Both the position numbers and the translations under genes were made by a program. From assembly GCA_965368975.1 (NCBI GenBank), contig CBDUPA010000008.1:128001-192000 (forward strand): a stretch of 64,000 bases of DNA, given 5' to 3'. Shown piece by piece: positions 28,598 to 38,228 of this stretch. Source of the stretch: an uncultured bacterium. Lineage in GTDB: Bacteria; Acidobacteriota; Thermoanaerobaculia; Multivoradales; JAHZIX01. A model generated the notes under the pieces. That model saw only the letters and a program-made list of their open reading frames with translations, was not told where the DNA came from and did no database searches. How positions within the stretch are numbered: the stretch's first letter is position 1; every line of letters starts with the position of its first letter.

Positions 28598-29005
28598 GTA
28601 GAGCATGTAGTAGATCGCCCAGCCACTGATCGCGACGAACAGCCAGATCGGCAGGGTGATGCGTGCCCACTTCTTGTGCCGCTCGTAGTCGCCGCGCGCT
28701 AGTGCCAAGAAGATGAGGTAGAGCGCCATGGGGCCGACGGCAATGGCGAGTAGCACGTGGGGGATCAGTGTGCCGAAGTAGATAGTGCGCCAGATACCTT
28801 CGCCGTCGAAGCTCTTGGAGCCATACATCGCCCAGCGGCTGACGTAGGCAACCAGGAAGAGTCCGGCAAAGGCGGTCGCGGCGAGCATCGTGTTGCGGTG
28901 GGCCATGATCTTGCGGCGGCGGATCAGGACCCAGCCAACAATCAGGCTGACTCCGCTGAGGACGATGAACGTGGTACTGATCTGGGTGAGGGTTTCTAGG
29001 CTCAT
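28589..29005 (-). CDS. DUF420 family membrane protein
   Basis: HRNTM..A...AGLFLVAY, Y...LIPHVLLA, H.KWARITLPIWLFVAISG..IY. Confidence 0.88.
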   Translation of the reverse strand: MSLETLTQISTTFIVLSGVSLIVGWVLIRRRKIMAHRNTMLAATAFAGLFLVAYVSRWAMYGSKSFDGEGIWRTIYFGTLIPHVLLAIAVGPMALYLIFLALARGDYERHKKWARITLPIWLFVAISGWAIYYMLYAM

Positions 29006-29055
29006 GCGTCGGAGTATACTGCTGCCACACGCGATGTAGCCGTGAAGGAGAGGCG

Positions 29056-29910
29056 ATGGGATTGATGGATCGATTGGGCCAGGCCGGCCGTGGGCTGGCG
29101 CGGGTCGGTGCGGGACTGACGGAGAAGCGGGAGCAGCTTTCGGACGGTGAGATCTGCTACCTGCGCGGTGGTAGTGGCGAGCCAGCGGTGTTTCTCCACA
29201 GCTTCGGCGGTAACAAGGATCAGTGGGTCTCTTTCGCGCGTCCGCTCAAGGGCAAGTTGGAGCTACTGCTGATCGATTTGCCGGGCTTCGGCGACAGCCA
29301 CCGCAATGCCCACGGGCGCTACGACGTGGTGTCGCAGGTCCGGCGCTTGCGGGCGCTGGTACAGAAGCTGAGCCTGAAGTCGGTGCACCTGGTGGGCGTC
29401 GGGCTGGGTGCCGACATCGCCGGTGTCTACGCGTCGCTGTTCGCTGGCGGCACGCGCTCGCTGGCGATGATCGAGCCGTGGGGCGTCCAGACCGAGGCCA
29501 AGAGTGAGCTGCAGAAGATGATGGACCGCGGTCATGCGCCACTGGTGGTGCGCACCGAAAACGAGTACGCGCGCGTCCAGAAGATGCAGCTGAAGAGCCC
29601 GCCAGCACCGGCCAAGGCGCAGGTACAGCAAGCAGTCGAGGATCGTCAGCTGCACGCCCGCATCTGGGAACACGTCTGGACGCAGCGCCCCTACTTGCTC
29701 GGTACGGTGCTAACAGAAATCAAGGTGCCGACGTTGTTGTTGTGGGGCGGGGGTAACCAGATGGTGCACCGAGAAGCCCTGGAGCTCTTGCAGAAGGGAC
29801 TGCCACAGAGCCAGACCGAGGTCTACCGCGACAGCGGGCACCTCGTGATGGTGGAGAAGGCGAAGGCAGCGTCCGACCGCTACCGCAAGTTCCTGGACAG
29901 TCTGGCCTGA
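29056..29910 (+). CDS. Alpha/beta hydrolase fold protein with degenerate active site
   Basis: FLHSFGG, IDLPGFGDS, PTLLLWG, SGHL; nucleophile elbow reads GVGLG instead of GxSxG. Confidence 0.82.
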   Translation: MGLMDRLGQAGRGLARVGAGLTEKREQLSDGEICYLRGGSGEPAVFLHSFGGNKDQWVSFARPLKGKLELLLIDLPGFGDSHRNAHGRYDVVSQVRRLRALVQKLSLKSVHLVGVGLGADIAGVYASLFAGGTRSLAMIEPWGVQTEAKSELQKMMDRGHAPLVVRTENEYARVQKMQLKSPPAPAKAQVQQAVEDRQLHARIWEHVWTQRPYLLGTVLTEIKVPTLLLWGGGNQMVHREALELLQKGLPQSQTEVYRDSGHLVMVEKAKAASDRYRKFLDSLA

Positions 29911-29953
29911 CGCCTGGGGCAGTCCAGGCTGGAACCCACTGGAGACGAGCCGA

Positions 29954-30406
29954 ATGAAGATGTGGATACTGTTCGCCCTTGGCGCCGTGATCGCCTGGGG
30001 GGCCTACGCCCCGGTCGTCCACGAGGGGCAGAAGCACTTGGGCAACAGCGCCCTGCGCGCGTTCTTGGTGGTGGGCATCGCCTACTTTGCCACTGCCGTG
30101 CTGGCGCCGCTGGGAATCCTCGGCGGCACCGCGGAGCCCTGGGAGTTCGGCAGCCGCGGCGTTGCCTTTTCTGCCGCCGCCGGTGTGTTCAGTGCTCTGG
30201 GTGCTCTGTGCCTGATTCTAGCCCTCAACGCCGGCGGGACGCCTCTCGTCGTGGCGCCGCTGGTCTTCGCCGGCGCGCCGGTGGTCAATACTATGGTGAG
30301 CATGGCCTGGCAGCGGCCCAAGGCCCCGCCGGAGCCGCTGTTCTACGTCGGCTTGATCCTGACCGCTGTCGGTGTCTTCATCCTGCTGCGCTACCGCCCC
30401 TCCTGA
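29954..30406 (+). CDS. Small DMT/EamA-like membrane protein
   Basis: About 5 TM segments; WGAY, GG.PLVVAPLVFAGAPVVN. Confidence 0.7.
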   Translation: MKMWILFALGAVIAWGAYAPVVHEGQKHLGNSALRAFLVVGIAYFATAVLAPLGILGGTAEPWEFGSRGVAFSAAAGVFSALGALCLILALNAGGTPLVVAPLVFAGAPVVNTMVSMAWQRPKAPPEPLFYVGLILTAVGVFILLRYRPS

Positions 30407-30478
30407 CGATCTCAGCGCATCACGAACCTGCCGTGCCCACGCTTTTGCATCGGGGTACGAAGCCTTGGAGTCTCAACC

Positions 30479-32110
30479 ATGACCGATTCGACACCCGAGC
30501 AGCCGAAGTCCGGACGCTTGAACTGGTGGCCACCGCTGATCTGGTTGGCCCTCTTGACCCTCGGCCTCACCTGGATGTGGAACGACATCGAGGTCGAGGG
30601 CACGACTCGCTTCATGGTCACACTGCCGGCCCTCTTGCTGACCGTCCTCTTCTTGCTGGGCTGGTGGCTGACCCGTCGACAACTGACTTGGGCCAAGCGC
30701 GGGCTCGGTGTGCTGGCTGCCGTGGCGGCCGTCGTGCTCCTCAGCTTCGTGGTGCGCATCCGAGACTTTGATGGCGACATGGTGCCCATCTTCGACTGGG
30801 CTTGGGGCACCGACCCGGCGGACCGTCTCGCCGATCGCACGGCGGACGGTCGCATTCCCGACGCGGCGCTGGCGGAGGCCTTCTTCGAGTGGCCGCAGTA
30901 TCTCGGACCCCCCCGTGATGCGCAGCTGCCGGCGGCGCGCACAGAAACCGGCGCCACGCTGGCCAGCGACTGGCAGACCACGCCGCCCGAAGAGCTGTGG
31001 CGCCGGCCTGTGGGTGCCGGCTGGGCCGGCTTTGCGGTGGTCGGACGGGTGGCCGTGACGCTGGAGCAGCGCGGTGACGCCGAGGTCGTCGCGGCCTATG
31101 ACTTGACGACCGGCGAGCCCTACTGGACGCACGCGGACACCATCCGTCACGAGTCACCTCTAGGGGGCATCGGGCCGCGTACGACGCCGTCCGTCGCCGA
31201 CGGTCGTGTCTACACCGTGGGTGGCAACGCCCTGCTCAACTGCCTCGATTTGGCAACCGGGGCGCGCCTGTGGAGTCACGACCTGCTCGCCGAGCACGGT
31301 GTGACCCTGCCGGAGTGGGGCAAGAGTACGTCGCCGCTGGTGACTGGTGACATGGTCGTCGTACCAGTGGGTGGCCCTGGAAAGGCGCTGGTCGCCTATC
31401 ACAAGGAGACCGGCGAGCTATTGTGGGCAGGAGGCGACGGAGACGCGTCCTATAGCTCACCGCTGCGCACCACGCTTGCCGGCCGTGACCAGTTGATCGT
31501 CTTCAATGCTGCCACGGTCAGCGGTCACGACCCCGCGGACGGTCGCCAGCTGTGGAGCCATCCGTGGGAAGGCTCGATTCCGACCATCTCGCAGCCGCTG
31601 CAGGTGGCCGACGATCTGCTGCTCGTGTCATCCGGCTATGGCATCGGCAGTAGCCTGCTGCGGTTGAGCCCTGAAGGGCAGAGCCCGTCGGAAGGAATCT
31701 CGGAAGAGCCGAGCTCGTCTGACAGGCAGAGTGACACGATGAGTGTCGAAGAGCTGTGGCATACACCGCGTATGAAGGCCAAGTTCACCAACCTGGTCCA
31801 GCACGACGATGCCATCTACGGCCTCGACGATGGCGTGCTGGCGTGTGTGCGCCTGGAAGACGGCGAGCGTTGTTGGAAGCGCGGCCGCTACGGCCACGGA
31901 CAGGTGATCAAGATCGGTGATCGGCTGCTGGTGTCGGCCGAAGATGGGGAAGTGCTGCTGCTCGAGTTGACACCCGAGGAACACCGAGTCCTGGCCAGCT
32001 TCCATCCCATGGACGGCAAGAACTGGAATCCTCCAGTCCTGGTGGGAGACATCCTGCTGCTGCGCAACGATCGCGAAGCGGCGGCGTTCCGACTGCCGCT
32101 AGAGAAGTGA
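30479..32110 (+). CDS. Membrane-anchored PQQ-binding-like beta-propeller protein
   Basis: 3 N-terminal TM segments; WPQYLGP, GPRTTP, SYSSP, GRYGHGQ, WNPP. Confidence 0.87.
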   Translation: MTDSTPEQPKSGRLNWWPPLIWLALLTLGLTWMWNDIEVEGTTRFMVTLPALLLTVLFLLGWWLTRRQLTWAKRGLGVLAAVAAVVLLSFVVRIRDFDGDMVPIFDWAWGTDPADRLADRTADGRIPDAALAEAFFEWPQYLGPPRDAQLPAARTETGATLASDWQTTPPEELWRRPVGAGWAGFAVVGRVAVTLEQRGDAEVVAAYDLTTGEPYWTHADTIRHESPLGGIGPRTTPSVADGRVYTVGGNALLNCLDLATGARLWSHDLLAEHGVTLPEWGKSTSPLVTGDMVVVPVGGPGKALVAYHKETGELLWAGGDGDASYSSPLRTTLAGRDQLIVFNAATVSGHDPADGRQLWSHPWEGSIPTISQPLQVADDLLLVSSGYGIGSSLLRLSPEGQSPSEGISEEPSSSDRQSDTMSVEELWHTPRMKAKFTNLVQHDDAIYGLDDGVLACVRLEDGERCWKRGRYGHGQVIKIGDRLLVSAEDGEVLLLELTPEEHRVLASFHPMDGKNWNPPVLVGDILLLRNDREAAAFRLPLEK

Positions 32111-32127
32111 GCCGCTGCCGGGACTCG

Positions 32128-33345
32128 CTACGCGTCGATTCCAGAAGGAGCTGACGCCCGCAGGCCCTCGTTCAGAAAAGCCAGCTGCAGGCGCATTTGG
32201 TCGTCGAGTGGCATCGGCACCACGCCGTGCGCAGCCAGGTCGGCACGGAAGGCTGCCGCGTCGGTCGCTTGGCGCCGTCGCTGGTGCAGCCAGAGCTTGA
32301 AGCGTGCCATGCCCTCGGTGCCGGTCGGATCCGGCATCTCCAGGGTGGACTTGTCGGGCTCGTTGCTAGCGGGGACTGGTGCCGGCAAGAGAAAGAGCGG
32401 CATCTCGCTGACCAGCGTCAAGGGATCGGGTACTGAGGTCTCAGCGCCGAGGGCGCGCACGAATTCCATCGAGCTGGGACGGAAACGCGCCGCCAGCTCG
32501 GGCTCGCCGCGGGCTTCGAAGTGGGTCCGCATGGCGCGCGAATCGGGACGTGTGCAGAAGCCTTCCTCAATGCGGAAAAAGCCCTTCTCGCCGCCACGAT
32601 CGACATCGTGCAGACGATAGCCGAGGTTCTCGACCGTCTCGCGCAGGCGCCGGCGCAACTCGAGGGTACGGTCGGGACCGGGTTCGTCGATCACCCGCAT
32701 GCCGGCCCATGTCGCTTCGACGAGAAACCAGGGGCCGGCGGCGAAGGCCATGCCGTGGAAGCTGGCGTGCAGGGCGAAGGGGCCGTGCGCCTCCGCCGAG
32801 GTACGCAGAAAGCTGGCGATCGCACGGTTCTCCGGTCGCGCGCGAGTATCGATCGCGGAGCTGGGGAAGCCGAACTCGACGTCGTCACCGGGTAGCTCGC
32901 GGATGGCCCCGTCGAGGTAGGCGTTCAGATCGTAGCCGCGGCGTAGGTCGTTCTTCGCTGCAGGCAGCAATGCCTCGCGCCAAGCTGCGTTGGCCGCGTC
33001 GCCGTCTGGGTTCGCATGCGGTACCAAGCACCAACTCACCTTCGTGAGTTCGGGGGCGTCTGCCGGCAGCGACGCCAGGTAGGCAACCAGACGTTCGAGC
33101 ATTGCCGGGCCGACCGGCTCGTCGGCGTGGCAGCCGGCAATCAGACTGACGCGCAGGAGACCCGTACCGAGGTGCCAGCCGAAGATCGGACGTCCCTGCC
33201 TGGACTCGCCGAGTTGCTGCTGTCCGCGAGAAGGCAGGGCGTCGAGCGGCTGGTACAGTGGCGTCGACGCCGTGGTCGTAAGGATGCGTTCGACATCGAG
33301 TGTCGGCAGCTCCAAGTCGCTCCCGCTGGTCCCGTGTCCCTTCAT
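32128..33345 (-). CDS. M14 family zinc carboxypeptidase-like protein
   Basis: GESRQGRPI, GCHADEPVGP (HxxE), PHANPDG, SFHGM; ATGA overlap with the upstream hydrolase. Confidence 0.8.
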   Translation of the reverse strand: MKGHGTSGSDLELPTLDVERILTTTASTPLYQPLDALPSRGQQQLGESRQGRPIFGWHLGTGLLRVSLIAGCHADEPVGPAMLERLVAYLASLPADAPELTKVSWCLVPHANPDGDAANAAWREALLPAAKNDLRRGYDLNAYLDGAIRELPGDDVEFGFPSSAIDTRARPENRAIASFLRTSAEAHGPFALHASFHGMAFAAGPWFLVEATWAGMRVIDEPGPDRTLELRRRLRETVENLGYRLHDVDRGGEKGFFRIEEGFCTRPDSRAMRTHFEARGEPELAARFRPSSMEFVRALGAETSVPDPLTLVSEMPLFLLPAPVPASNEPDKSTLEMPDPTGTEGMARFKLWLHQRRRQATDAAAFRADLAAHGVVPMPLDDQMRLQLAFLNEGLRASAPSGIDA

Positions 33346-34250
33346 GAGGCTGTCTCGGCGCCGCGAGTGTGGAAGAAGTCGAGCAACTCGGCGTTGACCG
33401 CTTCGGCCTCCTCGTGCTGCAGCCAATGCGTCGCCTCCTCGAACCGGCGGGCGCTGCCATCGTCGCACAGCTGCAAGCTGGGCTCGATCATCTCGTGACC
33501 CAGAAAGCGATCCTGGACGCCCCACAGCATGCGCACAGGAACCTGAATCCGAGGGCTGCCCCCGCGTTCCGGTGGATGTCGCATCGACGCCCGATACCAG
33601 TTGATCATGCCGCGCAGGGCCCCCGGCTGCGCCCAGGCCTGACGGTACAGGTCGATCTCGTCCGTGGAGAACGTGCCCTTGCGCGAGGTGAAGCGGAGTG
33701 CCAGGTCTCCGATGCGAAAGTTCTTGCGCCGATAGTAGAATTCCGGCAGCCAGGGCAGTTGGAAGAAGAAGATGTACCAGCTCTTCTTCATCTGCGCCCA
33801 GGTCGAGAGCATGAACTTGCGCATCACGAGTGGATGCGGCACGTTGAGCACCGTTAGCCCGTGAAGGCGCTCCGGATGCCGCAGCGCCATGAACCAGGCG
33901 ATCACCGCACCCCAGTCGTGGCCGACCAGGTGGAACCGCTCGCAGCCCAGTGCGTCGACCAGGCCGAGGATGTCCATGGCGAGGAGGTCCATGTTGTAGT
34001 CGCGCGCGCGTCGCGGCTTGTCCGAAGTGTTGTAGCCCCGCTGGTCGGGTACCAGAACTCGGTATCCGGCCGCAGCCAGTGGCCCGATCTGCTTGCGCCA
34101 GCCGTACCAGAACTCGGGAAACCCGTGCAGCAGCACCACCAGCTCGCCATCCTCCGGACCGGCCTCGACAGCGTGCAGCTCGATGCCGTTGGTGGCCATG
34201 CGGCGGTGACGCAGGTCGGGGACATCGGGGAGGGTGAGGTCGTTGTTCAT
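33342..34250 (-). CDS. Epoxide hydrolase-like alpha/beta hydrolase
   Basis: LLHGFPEFWY, PDQRGYN, GHDWG, NWYRA, ATHW. Confidence 0.92.
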   Translation of the reverse strand: MNNDLTLPDVPDLRHRRMATNGIELHAVEAGPEDGELVVLLHGFPEFWYGWRKQIGPLAAAGYRVLVPDQRGYNTSDKPRRARDYNMDLLAMDILGLVDALGCERFHLVGHDWGAVIAWFMALRHPERLHGLTVLNVPHPLVMRKFMLSTWAQMKKSWYIFFFQLPWLPEFYYRRKNFRIGDLALRFTSRKGTFSTDEIDLYRQAWAQPGALRGMINWYRASMRHPPERGGSPRIQVPVRMLWGVQDRFLGHEMIEPSLQLCDDGSARRFEEATHWLQHEEAEAVNAELLDFFHTRGAETAS

Positions 34251-34592
34251 CGGGAGCCTAGGACGCTTTGTTGAGTAGGGTGTGAAATCGGATGATACTT
34301 GGTGATATTAGCCCAGGCGAATCGAAGGTAGGGTAAGTAGATCGATGCTGTGTTTACGTTCACATTAAAGCGCGATGATGTGGGCGGCTAGCTGGAGAAG
34401 AGGTCTTAGCGATTGTAGTTCTGTTAATAGCATTCCTCCATTTCTCATGGTGGTAGTTTAGTACTAAAAGCAGCATGGGGAGCGGACCGTTCGTAGCAAC
34501 GTCTCGAACGTCAGTCCCTAGGCAGTTAACCTCTCTTGAGGGTGGCCCAATGGATCTTTCCCGGCTGAGGCCAGGACAGCCGTATGGTCGTG

Positions 34593-34619
34593 TGTTAGAA
34601 TCACATTCAGAATGATTCT
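34593..34619 (+). promoter_or_regulatory. Putative extended -10 promoter of tRNA-Phe with overlapping inverted repeat
   Basis: TG-T-TAGAAT at 34593-34601; AGAATCA/TGATTCT inverted repeat at 34597-34619. Confidence 0.35.
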
Positions 34620-34621
34620 TA

Positions 34622-34697
34622 GCCCAGGTAGCTCAGGTGGTAGAGCACCTGACTGAAAATCAGGGTGTCGGCGGTTCAACTCCGCCCCTGGGCACCA
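34622..34697 (+). tRNA. tRNA-Phe (GAA)
   Basis: Acceptor stem GCCCAGG/CCTGGGC + ACCA, D arm AGCTCAGGTGGTAGAGC, anticodon arm CCTGA-CTGAAAA-TCAGG, T loop GGTTCAAC; 76 nt. Confidence 0.97.
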
Positions 34698-34775
34698 GCT
34701 TTATTCTGGGAAGTGCTTCATGCCGAAAAGGGGTCGTACGACCTAATAACCGCCAGCGCGAATGGAGTTTATTGA

Positions 34776-37154
34776 GTGCATAAGGCGATGCGTTATATCG
34801 ATAGAGTTGCCTCGGCGGAGGTTCCTCGGAGATTCCGTGATGTCCATCTATTGATCGGAGGTACAGGTGCGGTAGGTGGTGAGACTCTCATCAAGATGTT
34901 GCGAGTCTATGCGGACATGGCTCGCTATCATGGGCTCCATCCTGAAGAGCAGGGCGGCCCAGTCCTTGTGGCGACCGGTAGAGCAAAGGATAGTGCTGGC
35001 AATCCTCTCCCGGAACTGAAACGTTTCCGGAGACGCCTTGGAACTCTGGCTCAAGCTGAGTTTGGTGCATCGATATCCAGACAGGGAGATACCATAAGAA
35101 TGCCAACTGGTGCACTCGTCGTGCTCCTGGATTTCAACTTTCGAATCTTGGGCAACTTGTCGAAGGCAATTCGGCACGGTGATGAGCCCTTGGAGCAGTA
35201 CCTGGCTCATCGGAAGCAAGACGAGGGTTCTCTAGTACATGGACTCCGAGCCGACATCCGGCAAGAGGCACCTTGGATGGACCTTCTGCACACGGTGAGA
35301 AAAGTTTTGGATGGTTGGTCTTTCGAGAAGTTCCGTTCGGTTCAGATCGGTATACCTATCCCGAGCCTTTTAGCTTATCACGTGGATGCTATTGAATACC
35401 TTCTGGCCCGGGACTTGATCACTGAGCAGGATGGAGCCGACCTAAAGTCAGAAGTCCGGCGCCAATTAGTCGAGCAATTATCGAAGGTTCGAGGTGAAGC
35501 TGAAGCGGTAATCGTTGCTCACACAACGGCTGTAGGTGGTATGTATGATGTGACTCAGCAAGGAGATAAGCGGATCCGTCTCGGGTTTGCCCACGCCGCA
35601 CGAGATGAGCATCTCCAAGAGAAGCACCAGCAAGCTCAGGACATCTCATCCCTCTATGCCGAAGCTGGTATCTGGAATCTAGTTACGGCAGCAGCTATTG
35701 GAATTGATGATGTCCGCGTAGACAAGCCGTTAGCGATGGCGCAGGCGATGCGGCGAGCCCTAGGGCTTGCAGATGCAGAACCTTTCCCCGCGGCTAAGCA
35801 GGCCCGCTATCTTCACATCTATCCTCCTGCCAGACTTACGCTGACTTCGCACGGCAGTCAGATTCGACTACGATTCGACCGGATGTCGCGAGGGCGCGAG
35901 TTTAGACCAAGCTTGGCGCTGCGGAGCGGAGAGAATGGATACTTGTCACCAGCAAATGCTGAAGCATTATATAGAGTGATGAGGGTGGCATCTCCGAGTG
36001 AACTTGGTGCTGTTCTGGCGGTGGTAGGGAGCCTAGGGGATGATCCTGTGTTTCCGTGGTTTAGGTCCGACGAGATTTCCGGCTCGGCGAGTTGTTATTA
36101 CAGGGAAAGTGATAATTCAAGATTCGTTTTCGATTTTCTCGCTCAACCGCACGTTCGTTCCTTGCAACTGACCGGAATGGAGCCGCAGGCGCTTGTCGAC
36201 CTTGGTTCTGCTAAGCATCAAGCTGAACTTCATACTCTTGGATTGCTGATTCTGCTACATCGCCTGAGAACTCTCGACTTGGATGCGATTCCTTCATTGA
36301 TTTCACCAGACAAATTCGACCCCATTTCTTTCTTTGAAGAGAAATCCCGACCATTGTTGTTTGAAGATGTTCAGGGTTGGGATATAGAGAGATTGGCGGA
36401 GGATCTCAGGATTCTGGTGCTGACCGACGCACCAGCGGACTTGACCGCTCTCAAAGACTTTCGAGCTAGAGAACAAGAACGCTTAGCTCCAAAGCGTGTA
36501 AAGGTCCGAGATATTTTGTTTGAAGCAATCATTAACTCCGTTCGTGCTGTTACCTCTCTCGGTTCTCCAATCGTCCTTGAAGATCCTGCTGGAAGTGCGT
36601 TTGTTCGCTGTGGCTGGTGGATTGGCCCACTATCAATTATTGCTGAAACTGAAGATTCGATCAGATCGTGGTTTCAGCGTCGTGTGGAGCAACTGAAAGT
36701 AGAAGGAAACGAAGTTCTCTACGAGGAAGTGATGGCACATCATTTTGCGGTCAATGGCTTCATAGACCTTAGACCGCACGGTATTGTCGCTTGTTCGCGG
36801 GATGATCGGGGAGCTAGAGATAACGTTCGAAGCACCAAAGACGCACGGGAGTTCCGTAGACTGGTGAATAACTTTTTACCTTATCAGGCTTTCTCGACTT
36901 GCGGTCTGCTGGCGGTGCTTGAGCGGCTTAAGGGTTTGGCAGACTACTTGCAGATGGCTCAGCTGAAGCTCGGGACGCACTTCGATAGCGCTTGGTCGAT
37001 GCCTCGAGATAAGCATGGTCATGCCTTAGTTGTTCCTGGAATCGTGGAGGCATTCCGTATGGTATCTGAGGGTCTGGAGAAGTCTACGGGGACAGAAATG
37101 CTTGATGGCTATTGGGGGTACCATTCGTTGGGTAGGTACCCGAAGAATGGTTAG
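34776..37154 (+). CDS. Uncharacterised ~800-aa NAD(P)-binding Rossmann-fold protein (copy 2, AT-richer islet)
   Basis: LLIGGTGAVGG; colinear motifs with 15591-17987; GGAG 8 nt before GTG (ATG at 34788 is an alternative). Confidence 0.8.
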   Translation: MHKAMRYIDRVASAEVPRRFRDVHLLIGGTGAVGGETLIKMLRVYADMARYHGLHPEEQGGPVLVATGRAKDSAGNPLPELKRFRRRLGTLAQAEFGASISRQGDTIRMPTGALVVLLDFNFRILGNLSKAIRHGDEPLEQYLAHRKQDEGSLVHGLRADIRQEAPWMDLLHTVRKVLDGWSFEKFRSVQIGIPIPSLLAYHVDAIEYLLARDLITEQDGADLKSEVRRQLVEQLSKVRGEAEAVIVAHTTAVGGMYDVTQQGDKRIRLGFAHAARDEHLQEKHQQAQDISSLYAEAGIWNLVTAAAIGIDDVRVDKPLAMAQAMRRALGLADAEPFPAAKQARYLHIYPPARLTLTSHGSQIRLRFDRMSRGREFRPSLALRSGENGYLSPANAEALYRVMRVASPSELGAVLAVVGSLGDDPVFPWFRSDEISGSASCYYRESDNSRFVFDFLAQPHVRSLQLTGMEPQALVDLGSAKHQAELHTLGLLILLHRLRTLDLDAIPSLISPDKFDPISFFEEKSRPLLFEDVQGWDIERLAEDLRILVLTDAPADLTALKDFRAREQERLAPKRVKVRDILFEAIINSVRAVTSLGSPIVLEDPAGSAFVRCGWWIGPLSIIAETEDSIRSWFQRRVEQLKVEGNEVLYEEVMAHHFAVNGFIDLRPHGIVACSRDDRGARDNVRSTKDAREFRRLVNNFLPYQAFSTCGLLAVLERLKGLADYLQMAQLKLGTHFDSAWSMPRDKHGHALVVPGIVEAFRMVSEGLEKSTGTEMLDGYWGYHSLGRYPKNG

Positions 37155-37328
37155 AAGGACATTCTCAGTACTTTCTGGCGAGACCTGCGAGGGCCAGTAG
37201 TAATCGAGGGAGTGATATGGTAGGATTAAGAGAATGCTTTGCGAGCTGTGCCGCTCGTTCAATGATTTAATGCCTTGCTGTTGCCCGGAGATGATGGCCT
37301 TGGTCTGTTAAAGGAAATTGAGGTAATT

Positions 37329-38174
37329 ATGTCTAAAGAAAGAGCATGGAAAGAGCGAGCTGATAATGTGCCCGCAGTCCTGATGGTGATTGCAGCTGCT
37401 GCCGCATTAGTGTATCAATTATTTGAGAAGACAGGTTGGTTGCCCGTGTTTGGACAGCCAATTGATGTCCTACTATTCCTGGTTGCCTTGCTTACAGCTG
37501 CAACTGGCCTCCAGAAGATCTTCCATCTTCAGTATATAAGTGATTCAATTGAAAATATTGAATCCAACTCGCGCAATGCTTCAAGTGAGGCTGCATCGAG
37601 TCGTGAGAATATCCTAAGAGCATTGGAAAAAATTGAAGGGCTCGAAGAGAAGCTAGTATCAGATGTTAAAAAAATTACACATGCTGAGATATTGCTTGAC
37701 AAGCAGAGGATTGAGGATGCCGCCATAGAAATTATTAAAAACTGTGCCAACTCAGATAATATTAAGGCGACGGCTCAATACTTGGCGCCTTCGACCGGGG
37801 CTGGTTCTGGCGGCCTCTCAGAAAGATACTACCGGGCTATTGCAAAGAAGATTTCACTCGCCCAACAGGCAGGAGTTGAGATGATTTACAAAGTGATACT
37901 GCCTGCATCGCCGCAAGATAGGCGTGAGTCTGCAGTTGGAAAAAGGAAAGATATTTTTGAGCAATTTAATGTATCCGATAAGATGAATATAAGATTTTCA
38001 AATGTCAGCTGGCCGATTGAAATTCTCATTGCTGGAGAATGTATGATTTTAGCATTTTCGGGTCGGGACGGGTTGAAATATAATGTGGGTCTGCGAGTTT
38101 CTGATTCGAAATTTATAGAGCACATGAGGGATTGGTACCTAGAGACGGCTTGGAATGACGCGTCCAGCGAGTAG
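37329..38174 (+). CDS. Hypothetical protein: 2 TM segments + coiled coil + probable PLD-like/TrmB-type C-terminal fold
   Basis: GAGG RBS before ATG 37329; two hydrophobic helices; heptad-like region; YKVIL...IEILIAG..MILAF...DWYLETAW pattern without an HKD motif; most AT-rich gene in the window. Confidence 0.65.
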   Translation: MSKERAWKERADNVPAVLMVIAAAAALVYQLFEKTGWLPVFGQPIDVLLFLVALLTAATGLQKIFHLQYISDSIENIESNSRNASSEAASSRENILRALEKIEGLEEKLVSDVKKITHAEILLDKQRIEDAAIEIIKNCANSDNIKATAQYLAPSTGAGSGGLSERYYRAIAKKISLAQQAGVEMIYKVILPASPQDRRESAVGKRKDIFEQFNVSDKMNIRFSNVSWPIEILIAGECMILAFSGRDGLKYNVGLRVSDSKFIEHMRDWYLETAWNDASSE

Positions 38175-38228
38175 GTATGCAGGTTTACAAGCGGCAGGCA
38201 GGAGCTGTCTCTGTCTGTACCGGACTAT

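Noticed and set aside
34365-34448. 27-aa hydrophobic minus-strand ORF (MRNGGMLLTELQSLRPLLQLAAHIIAL), possible type I toxin
   Set aside because: No properly spaced RBS and no antitoxin or terminator evidence; could arise by chance in AT-rich DNA
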